Origin: Eledone cirrhosa
Lineage: Eukaryota
Length of the DNA stretch: 64,000 bases
Direction: 5' to 3'
Assembly (NCBI GenBank): GCA_964016885.1
Contig: CAXHJY010000264.1
Coordinates: forward strand, 599,932-663,931
A program made the translations under genes and the position numbers. The notes beneath the pieces were generated by a model that worked only from the letters and a program-made list of their open reading frames with translations, was not told where the DNA came from and searched no databases. Of this stretch, positions 13,269 to 24,601 are shown in pieces (position 1 is the stretch's first letter; each line of letters opens with the position of its first letter).

Positions 13269-13943
13269 CATAGACCTCAGCTCAAAGATCAGACAAGATC
13301 TTCAGGAAGAGAGGCAGAAAAAGAGATGGGAGGACAACATCCTGGAATGGGCAGGCATGAGGCGAGAGGAATGGAAGGAGCTGGTTACCAGGTCGTCTGT
13401 GGCGCCCCAACAGCACACCAGACTACGGGACAGATAAGAAGGTAAGAGTGTTGATAGGACTGGCGTCCTTATCATTAAAACAACCGATAAATCTCATGAG
13501 ATCAAACCTTGTAGGAAGCCAGCTAAACGTACATAGGTGTAGGTTGTAACAACACGAACAACATGAAAGGATGGAGTTCCTAACATTCAAGAAACCTCCT
13601 ATGAAATACAACCCACGGGAAACCAGCTAAACCTACATAGGTGTGGGCTGTAACAGCAATATGTAGGCATTTTTATTCACTTTTAATGAAAATTGTATTG
13701 TTTTTAAAAATCAATTCCATACAAAAAATGTAATGGTAATGATATGTTGATAAATACATTATTGATTGGTTTGAGCAAATATTAATTTTTAGTATTTCTA
13801 CAGTTGGTGACTGCTGCACTGAGAGAAGACTTTTTACATATTGATTTAGTAATAGTACAACCTATAGCTTGTAATATACAATTACTACAAATGTGTTCTA
13901 TTGAAATAGTCTTAAACAGTACTTTTGATATAAGTAAGAAAAT

Positions 13944-14302
13944 TGTAGTATTTGTAGTAGTGGTAGTAGGAGTGGTGGTGGTACTTTTAGTAGCAGCAGT
14001 GGTAGTAGTAGTAGTAGTGGTGGTGGTGGTAGTAGTAGTGGGAGTGGTGGTGGTAGTAGTAGTAGTAGTTGTGGTGGTGGTAGTACTAGTGGTGGTGAAA
14101 GTAGTAGTGGTGATGGTAGTAGTAGTAGTACTAGTAGCAGGAGTAGTAATAGTATTAGTAGTGGTGGTGATAGTAGTAGTGGTGGTAGTAATAGCTGTGG
14201 TGGTAATGGTAGTAGTAGTGGTGGTAGTAGTAGTAGTTGTGGTGGTGAAAGTAGTAGTAGTAGTAGTGGTGGCAGTAGTAGTAGTGGCAGGAGCAGCAGT
14301 AG
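13944..14302. repeat. (GTA/GTG)n trinucleotide microsatellite
   Basis: Directly visible; gives rise to spurious poly-V, poly-L and poly-Y/H ORFs. Confidence 0.95.
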
Positions 14303-15042
14303 TTTAGAGGCAGAATTACCATCACTGAAAGACATTCATGACAATTGTGAGAAATTTGCAAGAAACATTTTCTTTGGCCTGAGCAATTCTTTGCAGAAGT
14401 TCAGCATGTCTTAGCAATAGTCAACCATTCCTCTCTCTCAACTGTGAGACATGTAGTTCTACTGTAGTTCTATAGTCACTACACCATCTCTACGTATCTC
14501 ATCTGTTGGACATATGTTTCTTCTTTCAGGTCAGAGAGCACATCATCAGAGTATTCCCTGTCATCATCATTAACTATGTCAGCTATGGTGTACCAGTGTT
14601 GGAATTTCTCTGTCACTCTTCTCTCCTAAATGTCAATGACCCACTTGTCATCTCCTCTAACTATGCAGTCCCCTACAGAGGTAATATTAGAGATGGCAAA
14701 TCCTCAACATGGACAAATGGTCTTTTCTCTCCTATATTGTGAAATTTTGCTCATCTATAACTTTACATAGGGTACTAAGTGTATTATTGTGAAACACCAA
14801 CACTAGACAGGTTATTTCATTCACAAATCCAGGGCCTTCTTACTACTGTTGGAGTAACTCGTCTACAACAATTTTAGATTAAAAAATGACCTCTCCATTC
14901 CACAGTTTTTGCACTGCTAATCTTTTCTAAGCAAGTTACTTCTCAAAGTGTCATCTTCATGATGTTCAATTTTATCAAGTCATTCTTGTGTCTTTGTTGG
15001 TCTCTCTCTTCAACAGGTTCTACAATTTTCAAACACTAGGAC

Positions 15043-15357
15043 ATCATCATGATCATTTTACGTCCACTTTTCCCTGCTTGCAAGGGTGGGATGGGAACTG
15101 ATTCTGGCTTGATTTCTACAGCTGGATGCCCTTCCTAACACCAACCTCATTTACAGTGAGTGCTGGGTGCTTTTTTGCCATGGCACCTCCACGACCACTT
15201 TACAGTGGAATGATATAGACCCCAGTCCCTATCATCTCATTTCTACAGCTGAGTAAACTGGAGCAATGTGAAATAAAGTGTCTTGCTCAAGGAAACAACA
15301 CATCACCCGGTCTCAGAATTGAACTCACAACCTTTCGATTGCAAGGACATGTGCCTC
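15043..15357 (-). mobile_element. Second copy of the CORE-type SINE, inverted relative to 12882-13180
   Basis: Reverse complement of the 12882 element, with a (CAT)n tail at 15043. Confidence 0.85.
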
Positions 15358-15571
15358 CATTTATTATATAATATTCCCTTTACTCTAAGATAGAAGTGCT
15401 TTGTAACCAGCAGAAGTAACAACTCTTTGAACTTCTTCCAGCCCATTCTAACACTGACAATAACACAGAATGAGGTGGAATAAGTTCATGGAGCACATAT
15501 CTTTGCTGACAACAAAGGGTTTCCTCTCTCAGAGCGAAGGGCAGATTATATGATGCTTGTGTTTGAACTGT

Positions 15572-16150
15572 TATCATCATCATCATCATTTAACGTCGAC
15601 TTTCCCTGCTAGCAAGGGTTGGATGGGTCTACATGGACCAAGTCAATACTGAAGTGGGGCTACTGACATCCCAGACAAGCCAAGGAGGTCTGTATCGTGC
15701 ATAACTACAATTATTATGTAGAGATGAAGTTGTGTCTTTTGACACAAACTGAAAGATCCTCCTAAGCCCTTACCAACCCCTTTACAGAATGTACTGGGTG
15801 TTTTTATTGTGTAGATCATCAGCACTAGAGAAGGAGTCATGTTCTTAACATAACTAAAGGATCCTCCCAACCTTCTGTTTCACAAGCTTTCTACGGTTGG
15901 ATGCTGTTCCTATCACCAACAAGTTTACAGTGTGTGCTGGGTGTGTTTATCTTGTAGATCACCAACACTAGAGAGGTTGTTTTGTCTTTGACACAGCTAA
16001 ATGGTCCTCTCAGCCTTTTTAGACATGGTTTCTACAGTGAGGTGCTCTTCCTGTCGTAAACCACCCATATGGAGTGTACTGAGTGCATTTTCATGACATC
16101 ATCACTAGAGAGGTTGTTGGTCATAGACACAACTGTAAAGCCCTCCCAAC
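15572..16150 (-). repeat. Old RTE-3'UTR-like tail with reiterated ~120-bp modules
   Basis: (CAT)n tail plus TTTAACGTC, then repeated ttctac.gttggatgc..ttcct..cacc..tttacagtgtgt.ctgggtg motifs. Confidence 0.6.
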
Positions 16151-16479
16151 TCTGAGTAGAGGGCAATAGGGGAGATAAGTATTAAGTTATAGGTGTTTGT
16201 GAGAATGGGTAGGGGTGGCTGATTTGTGTATGGGGGCATAGTGGTGAAAGGAATGTGGTCAATATGGTGGGGGTTGGGGTGTAATGGAAAGATAGGTAGG
16301 TGGTAAGGCATATATGTACATAATGTTTACTTGGCCTAAATAAGCAGCTATAGAAATTCAATAGACATCAATATTCAACATCTGGAAAGTCCTTCAAGGT
16401 ACAAGTCTGAGGAATGTTTTCTTTTTAAAAAAGACCAGCAGTTGTCCATTTGTACAAATCTATCCTTTCTATGCCACCA

Positions 16480-17135
16480 ATGTTGCCCAAGGAAAAGGCA
16501 AGGGTGGAATACTTAGATACCAGTGTTGTCATAGGTTATTCCATTAGAATGCATAGGGGCACTTGCAGGAGCCAAAACAACTTTTCTGGTGCTGGTGTCA
16601 CAAAATTTACCAAGTACACTCTGCAATGTTTCTGAACATTAGGTAGAGAGAACTTTTTAGGCTAGCTAAGGACATAATATCTTCTCTAGTGCTAATGTCC
16701 CAGTACATAGAATGTACTCAATACATTGTGTTTGGTGTTTGGAAGAGCATTGAACTGTAGAAACTAAATCCAAAATTAGAACAACCAAGCAAGATGCAAT
16801 CCTCCTAAAATATCTTGAGCAGTAACTCCTAATAAGAACCCATCCCTGTAGGGGGAGTAGATACATATATATATATATATATAAATACACACACATTTGT
16901 AAAGTTAAGGACATCCAGCCAAAGAAACCATGCTAAACAAAGGGATGTGAGGACTTTTCAGTTGTGTCAAGTTTCAGTACACTCTGTAAAGTGGTTGGTG
17001 ATAGGAAGGGAATCCAGCTATAGAAACTTTGCCAAATAAAGAGTTATATAAATGATATAACAACTTCCTTCGTGTCAGTGCCAGGGTAAAATACACCTAG
17101 TACACTCTGTAAAGTTATTGGTGGTAGGAAGACCA
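16480..17135 (+). repeat. Degenerate RTE-3'UTR-like modules
   Basis: agtacactctgtaaagtggttggtgataggaagggaatccagctatagaaac and related copies. Confidence 0.55.
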
Positions 17136-17956
17136 TACGAGAATTGGAACGTATGTGAGATGTGAACCCTGGCTCATCTATAAAGACAGGAGATCCTATT
17201 AAGTAATGACTTGGTTTGTGAAAACCTGTCCAAACTACGCCAGTATCAAAACACACACACACACATATATATAATATATATATATATTAGGGTAAACATT
17301 GATGCAATTCAATTCAAGCACTCAACGTACTTTTTCCACATAGGAGTGACGGAGTAAATATCGAATAAATAAAAGCGAAGTAGTTTCAGATGTTCAAGTC
17401 CTTTAATAATAATGCTGTGATAAGAGTGAATAATAATGCTGTGATAAGAGTTGAAAAATTTTTTGAATTTAGAATTTTTGAATTCTTTATTGTTTAATTT
17501 ATAATCTCTGATATTTGATTTAGGATTTTAACCTTTAATTTTAATTTTTATTCCCAACTCTCACTCTTAACTTACTATGTAAAACCATAGTACCTAGAAT
17601 TAAGTTTATTTTACCTTATGAGTTGATGGTCAGTCTTACTGTCAACGCTTAGTGAAAGGTAGTATTATGACCTATAAAAACTAACACCCTCCCATCCCCT
17701 CTGGCTTTCGGCTGACTGCCACAGTAGCGATGGTAGCAGTAAGCTTTGGCAAGGCATAGGTGGGCCACTGACAGCGAATTTCGTTGAAATCTGCGGTGCT
17801 AATGGTCAACTTCCTTCAGACATGCGCTTGCGCAGACCGGTGGGGGTGAATTGGTACTCACAAGGGAACGGATGAAAAACCCAAAAGCACGAACTTCATC
17901 CGTTCCCATGTTGATTCAATTTGGATTGCCTCGGAAACAACCTTATTATGTAACAA

Positions 17957-18030
17957 GCTGTCTGATGATGTCACGACACTCGCACACAGAACAGTGTGGC
18001 CAGTGTCGTCATTGAAATATATATCACAGC
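17957..18030 (+). ncRNA. Type I hammerhead ribozyme
   Basis: Helix I GCTGT/ACAGC; core CTGATGA (17962-68); helix II ACGACACT/AGTGTCGT; GAAA (18014-17); palindromic helix III ATATATAT; predicted cut after AUC at 18025. Confidence 0.8.
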
Positions 18031-18042
18031 ATTATTATTATT

Positions 18043-18231
18043 GTGGATTGGCAGTATCGATAGAGGGTCGGACGCCATGCTTTCCAGCATAGTTACGTCC
18101 CTTTACGATCTGAGTTCAAATCCCGCCAAGGTTGACTTTGCCTTTCATCCTTACGGGGTCGATAAAATAAAGTACCAGTAATGCACTGGGTATTTGCTGG
18201 CCTTGTGCCTAAAGTAGAAACAATTATTATT
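18043..18231 (+). mobile_element. tRNA-derived SINE (family A) inserted in (ATT)n
   Basis: Homologous to 12581-12780; box B GAGTTCAAATCC; (ATT)n on both sides. Confidence 0.85.
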
Positions 18232-18269
18232 AAAGGACTTGAACATCTGAAACTACTTCGCTTTTCCTT

Positions 18270-18332
<63 letters not shown>

Positions 18333-18352
18333 TTATATATATATTATATATA

Positions 18353-20703
18353 TACTCTTTTACTCTTTTACCTGTTTCAGCCATCCGGCTGAGGCCATGC
18401 TGGGGCACCGCCCTTGTTGCTACACATTTTATATCCAGCCTGTATAGGTTGGCCGCTGGTGTAAGAGGGAGTTTGTTGCTGCTGCCCTTAGGTTTCCCTC
18501 GTGTCTTGCTGTGGGCTCATCCGGGATCCTGGATAACAAGGTGTCGAGATGTTTCTTAAAGACATCCACCTCCACGTCATGCAAGTCTCTCAGATGCCTC
18601 GGCAGCCTGTTGAAGAGTTGAGGGCCCTTGAATCCCAGGCTATTGCAATACCTGCTCCTTATTCTAGATGTGGAAGACGGGACCTTTGGCACCACACAGT
18701 GACGTCCTGTTCGACGGTTGGTCCAGCTCCCAATGCCAAAGTTTGGTGCTAGTCCCTCCAGGATTTTCCACATGTAGATCACTGCGTATCTCTCCCGTCT
18801 TCGCTCCAAGGAGTAGAGGTTCAGTTCCTTCAGCCTCTCCCAGTAGCTTGTCTCCCTCATCTTGGCAATCCTCTTGGTGTAGCTTCGCTGGATTGCCTCA
18901 AGCTCCGTGGTTAATTTGACACTATGGGGTGACCACAACTGGGAGCAGTAGTCCAGGCGGCTTAGGACAAAAGTCCTCCACAGTGTGAACATGGTGTCTC
19001 GATCTCTTGTCCGGAAAGTCCTCAAGATGCAGCCAGCGAGCCGTCTGCACGTTGTCGCCACTTTCATGATGTGTGAAGAAAAAGATGCATCATCGCTCAT
19101 GTCTATGCCCGGGTCTCGTATCGATTTTGACACGGGGATATCGGTCCCTCCTGGTCCTGTGTAGCTGTGTTCCGCTATATTTGTGTTTGTGTTTGCAGGT
19201 TTGTATTGTAGGGCTTGGAATTTGCCAGCATTAAACTGCATGTTGTTTTCTTCTGCCCATCTGTATATGGCATCCAGATCCTGCTGTAAGAGGGCAGCGT
19301 CAGCCGGGTTTTTGATTTCCTGTGCTACCTTAGTGTCATCAGCATAGCTAGTGAGGGATGTTGTTGCATGCACCACAGAGGGCATGTGCGAGAGAGCCAC
19401 CAAAAACAGTAGTGGTCCCAGGACTGTCCCCTGGGGCACCCCACTTGTTATCGGTGTTTCCCTCGAGAGGGCCCCATTTGCTGCGACTGCCTGGCTTCTG
19501 TCCCTTAGGAAGCCATGCAGCCACTCACCTACTTTTCCAGTTATGCCGAGTCCGTGTAGTTTGTGACATATCATTCCGTGGTCGACCTTGTCAAAGGCCT
19601 TCGCAAAGTCAAGATATATCACGTCCACATGTGAGCTGTCTAGTAGTTGTCTCAGTACCCAGTCGAAGTGATGTAGCAGCTGTGTAAGGCAGCTTCTTCC
19701 TGGGCGGAAGCCATGTTGCGTGCTAGTCAGGCGGTCATTTTCTTCGAGGAAAGTGATTAGTTTCTTTCTGACGACTCGCTCCATGACCTTACTGATATGC
19801 GACGTCAGGGAGACTGGCCTATAGTTCTTGGCCTCCGGGGCATATTGTGCCTTCTTTCTGCTCCCTGGGTAGTACACCGCTAGCCAAGGAGCTTCTGAAG
19901 AGCATCTTCAGTGGAGTTGCTAAGGCCCGCTTACATATTTTTAAGAGAACTGCTGGGAATCCATCAGGTCCAGCAGTTGAGTCTGTTCTAATTTCATCAA
20001 TGGCATACACCACATCCTCCTCCGTTATGTCTATGTGGTTGATGGTTGCCATTTCTTGATGTAGTGTTGTGGCATCAAAGAACTCCTCTGGCTTCGTTAT
20101 TTGCATGTGCCTCAGTGGACATGTGAAGACACTTTTGTACTGTTCGTTCAGTATTTCACATATCTCTTGGGGGTTTTCGGTTAATGAACCGTCCGTGTGG
20201 AAGAGTGGCCCAATCTTGCAGTGTACTGAGGCAGTTTCTTTTGCAAATTTAAAGAAGACCTTAGGGTTTGTTTTAATGTTTTCTATGGCCCTGTTCTCTT
20301 TCTTTGCCCTCTCATTCTCATGTGAAAGTTTGAGTGCAATCTCGGTGTCAAGTAGTGCACGTTTCAAATAGGATTCCTTCTTGTTTTTGTTTTGTTGACT
20401 ATTCAACTGGTTTGAGAGTTTAGTTCTACGTCTCATAAGGATTTTCCTATCTCTGGGAATAAGATTTTTGTGTCTGTTTGCCTCTTTCTCCGGGACAAAC
20501 TTTTTGCACACAGTGTGTATCGTTGTCATGAAGTGTTGAAATTGTGTGTTAGTGTCTTGTGTGGCGGTGTTTTCACTCCATGTTTGCTTCCGAATTTCAC
20601 TCTTAATCTTTTTCCAGTTAGCCTTGTAGAAGTTAAGGCTGGAAAGCGTCCCGGAGCTTCTTGGTGGCCCTGTCTCTGTTGGTTCTCTTGGACCACATAT
20701 CAT
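18353..20703 (-). mobile_element. 5'-truncated CR1-like LINE (family B), frameshifted
   Basis: ORFs 18429-19877 and 19819-20784 match ORF2 at 30826-33867. A 23-bp deletion near 19837 shifts the frame. (TAAAAGAG)n tail; (TA)n on both sides. Confidence 0.95.
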
Positions 20704-21902
20704 ATATATACACACGTATATATATATACACACAAACATGTATACATACAGACACACAGAGTTGCATGTGTATATAAAATACAAACTTAGCAGAACGTGT
20801 TTATAATCAGGGCATTGATAATCTATAAATACAATCCAAAGTTGATCTCACTGGTTTGGGGCGGATTGTTTTCCCACCGTGCCAAGTGTTAGAGAATATA
20901 TGAATAAATTTGTATAAAAGATAAAATAGCTGGTTTGTCCACGTATTAAAAAAAAATAAAATATTGTTTTTAGAACTTTTAAAATTAAACTATTTCGAAG
21001 ATGCTTTTAATATTATAACTGAATATAATAATATTATAACCGAAAATAATTTTATGGTAGAATTTCCTAACGAACTGAATAAAAAAAAAATATTACAAAT
21101 ATTACCACCAAAAGATAATATAACTTTAATGAGTTAGGTCAAGTTACGGTAGACAGATATAAGCACCGTTCATGAATGAATTAGAAGCGTAATCTGTGAA
21201 ATGAATGAAGTGCCGAGTGTAAACATTTTCAAATTTTTTTCAGCTTTTCCTGTACACATTTTCAAATATTTCTCAGTTTCTGCTATTTTATTCTTCACAT
21301 TTCATTCTTTTCTAAACCAAGGCACCTAATTACAAATATATTACAAAACAGTAGAAACTCCACTTTTATATCTGCATTGTTTTCAAATAGTGTTCTACTA
21401 TATTCAATTTTAATGACAGTTCCTTTTGACAACTAAGGTAGCATAGGCAAATATATGTGTATTATATATATGTGTGTGTGTGTGTATATATATATTTATA
21501 TATACAAGGGTGTTTAAAATAACATTGTACTGAAAACATTCAAACATTAACTGAATGAACACTCAATACATGTAAGTTGAGTGTAAAGTTACTTTGCAGA
21601 AAAGAAAAGTGTGTTTGAAGTTTCATATATATATATGAAACTTCGAAGACACTTTTCTCGTCTGGGAAGTGATATATTTGATATATCTCATATGAAATGA
21701 TACAGCCAATTTTCCACACAATACAATATAGTTAGCACCCCGAACGTTTAATTGGGAATATACTCAGGTATTTCCTAATGTTTGTCGAGTGAGTTGGAAT
21801 TTGGCCGAAGTATCGCTATTAACTTTCTCCGATTATGTGTTTATTTATATATATATATATAGTTTTGCGAGGTTTTTGATATGAAATCGTGTGTCGAAAC
21901 AA

Positions 21903-22059
21903 ATATTGTTATACTTGGGGAGGGTCATATTTGTGTAATAATATTGGCAGAATTAATAACAGAACACACTCACTGTTTGAAAACCAACCAAACAGTGAGT
22001 GTGTTCTGTTATAAATTCTGGCAATATTATTACACAAATATGACCCTCCCCAAGTATAG

Positions 22060-22065
<6 letters not shown>
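21903..22065. repeat. Fold-back with ~75-bp arms and a 9-bp spacer; same repeat as 47800-47885
   Basis: atattgttatacttggggagggtcat...cactgtttg / caaacagtg...atgaccctccccaagtatagcaatat. Confidence 0.9.
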
Positions 22066-22094
<29 letters not shown>

Positions 22095-22379
22095 ATAGTA
22101 ACAAATGGAAACTCTATTTATAAAACCATATTTATTTTATTATACATATTTCAAGGGCCACCAAGGCAAATTATGATGCGCTTTCATCAGATAATATACA
22201 ATACAGATTTGTTTTATAAATAAATATTGACATACCCTGAAAAAAGACAACCTTAACAGTTGGAGCTTCCTGGATAGTGGAGATATTACATTGTATATTT
22301 ACTCCACCAACAGTTGAGTGCTTTATATCAGTTATAACAATTTTTAAGCTTGTTGAATCCCAACAAATTAAATATAACC

Positions 22380-22428
<49 letters not shown>

Positions 22429-22430
<2 letters not shown>

Positions 22431-22536
22431 CGAAGGAAATGTGGTAAGGAACCAGGTGGACCATCACGCACGGACCATCCAGTACAGAATTAGCCGTCGA
22501 AACGGCTTGAGCTCAGCCGTCGGGGTCTTACTTGTT

Positions 22537-22540
<4 letters not shown>
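22429..22540 (+). mobile_element. Short TA-flanked repeat retaining the 3' half of a hammerhead
   Basis: ACGG..CCGT, C-GAAA, helix III ACGGCT/AGCCGT, GTC, GGGGTCTTAC. Shares both ends with 45992-46109. Confidence 0.65.
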
Positions 22541-22569
<29 letters not shown>

Positions 22570-23481
22570 TAAAACATGTCTATAGAATCACAAAATAAAA
22601 TATATACCATTTCCTCTCCCAATTAGCATAATTAACCATATAAAAAATGGAATAGACCAGGCTATAAGAATGAGGCTTCTATGAAGAAATCTCCAACAAA
22701 TAACCGAAACCAGCCCTTCGCGTCGGCCGCAACGGAATATTTATCGAATATTTCGACAGCGTAATCGCCCAGATATAGACGTTTTATGATATATAGATCT
22801 GATTATTTAATTTATTAAATTATCATTGAGCCACAAAGTGACCCGTTGCAAAACACGTATATGTATATGTATGTATATATATATGTAAACTTTTATATAT
22901 ATATATATATATATATATTTAATACAATAACAGAGATAGTTTAAAGCTAAACTCTGACTGGTAACCATCTCTCACTCAACAAACATTAGGTTATATTTAA
23001 ATATAAACCCAACCCAATTTAAGTGTTTGGGGTGCTAACAATATGTATAATGTGGAAAAACCAGTTGTATTATTTTATGAGATATAATTAAATGTGTGTG
23101 TGTGTATATAATGTGTGGTTTGTCGTGATAGTGGCAGTAAGTTGTATATAGTGTTCAATGTTTCATAAGTGAACGACTGTAGGTAATACAAGGGGACATC
23201 AATAGAAAGCCAAAGTTGGCGGGGTGTCAACACCCATAAAACTCTCCCTCCTCGTTATCATAATATTATTATGAAACTTGTGTGTATAAAACCCTAAAAA
23301 ACTTTATATATGGTTTCATGAAACAACAAGAGTGCCCAATAAACCTCATGTTTTATATATATATACACACGCGTGTCTCTGTGTGTGTATATTAATAAAC
23401 ATATATCGATATGTGTGTGTATTTCTCCCTCTCTCTCTCTCTATATATATATGTGTGTGTATATGTGTGTATATAGATATA

Positions 23482-23524
<43 letters not shown>

Positions 23525-23532
<8 letters not shown>

Positions 23533-24600
23533 ATTGATCTAGATGAAATGTAGTTCGGGTTTGTGTCAGGTAAAAGTACCACAGACACTCTTTTCCTTGT
23601 AGGACAACTACAGGAGAAGTACCTAGCTAAAAGTAAACCCCTATACTTAGCTTTTGTTGACTTGGAGAAAGCCTTCGACAGAGTCCCCCGTTCCATTATC
23701 TGGTGGGCTCTTAGAAAACTAGGCGTTGATGAATGGCTTGTGAGAGCTATACAAGCCATGTATAAAGAAACAGTCAGCAAGGTTAGAATTAACAACGGAT
23801 ATAGTGAAGAGTTTAGCATAAAAGCTGGTGTTCATCAGGGCTCTGTTCTTAGCCCCCTACTATTTATTATTGCCCTTCAGGCTATAACAGAGGAGTTCAA
23901 GACCGGCTGCCCATGGGAACTCCTATATGCAGATGATCTAACGCTCATAGCTGAATCAATGGCCGAGCTAGAGAATAAATTCCAAACATGGAAGCATGGC
24001 CTAGAATCAAAAGGCCGTAAAATTAACCTGTCTAAGACTAAAGTTCTAGTTTGTAGGAAGGAAAATAAGGCACCGGTCCCATCCGGGAAATGGCCATGCT
24101 CAGTGTGTAGGAAAGGAGTAGGTAGAAACTCCATTTTATGTCCCAAATGCAAAGTATGGGTACATAAAAGATGTAGTGGGATCACAGGTAAGCTAACTAA
24201 GAATATAGATTTTATATGTGGCCGGTGCTCAGGTGCAATAAGTAGCAGCAAGTGCCCACAGAATACTAGCTCATTCCATTGCACAGATGGTTCTATAGAA
24301 ATAGTGGACAGCTTCCGTTACCTGGGTGACAAAATCAGCAGTGGGGGAGGGTGCTCTGAAAGTACAGTAGCTAGAGTCAGAACTGGATGGAAAAAGTTCA
24401 GAGAGCTTATACCACTATTAGCCGCTAAAGGGTTCTCCCTAAAAATGAAAAGCAGGCTGTATGATGCCTGCATACGAACAGCAATGTTACATGGCAGTGA
24501 GACCTGGGCATTGTTGCAGAGGATATACGCAGACTGGAGAGGAACGAAGCTTGCATGCTCCGCTGGATGTGTAATAGTAATATACGCGAACGGCAAAGAA
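23525..24600 (+). mobile_element. RTE family A internal RT fragment
   Basis: ORF 23563-24618 has [19 protein letters not shown] and YADD; frameshift near 24515; no 3' UTR. Confidence 0.95.
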
Positions 24601-24601
24601 T

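Larger units (their letters stand above)
12786..13445 (+). pseudogene. Internally deleted C-terminal fragment of a second RTE-like LINE, interrupted by a SINE
   Basis: LARSAQTTAALTKLKTTWNEKDI before the SINE, IDLSSKIR after it, then RQKKRWEDNILEWAG..REEWKELVTRSSVAPQQHTRLRDR*. CATAGA is present on both sides of the interruption. Confidence 0.7.
12365..13660. repeat. Degenerate ~120-bp tandem repeat (4 units at ~12365, 12480, 13455, 13575) split by later insertions
   Basis: Recurrent attaaaacatc..gaaacct...acaacctTGTAGGAggcagcTAAACctacataggtgt motif on both sides of the 12581-13445 block. Confidence 0.7.
17289..18273 (+). mobile_element. Non-coding Penelope-like/retrozyme-like element with an inverted 3' duplication, flanked by (TA)n
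   Basis: Hammerhead at 17957-18030. 17363-17422 is the reverse complement of the sequence 3' of the ribozyme once the SINE is removed. Confidence 0.7.

Noticed and set aside
13804-14361. Poly-Val, poly-Leu and poly-Tyr/His ORFs
   Set aside because: GTA/GTG microsatellite.
13790-14742. Splice-acceptor-like sites near 13803 and 14529
   Set aside because: No convincing exon or donor follows; not supportable without transcripts.
22170-22195. Minus-strand ATTAT-CTGATGAAAGCGCATC-ATAAT hammerhead-like motif
   Set aside because: Helix I-like arms are present, but helix II is missing and helix III mismatched; at most a dead relic.
22561-22797. Short inverted ends TATATCATAAAAC..GTCTATA suggesting a MITE or paired Helitron 5' ends
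   Set aside because: Short, AT-rich and single-copy in this window; cannot be classified.
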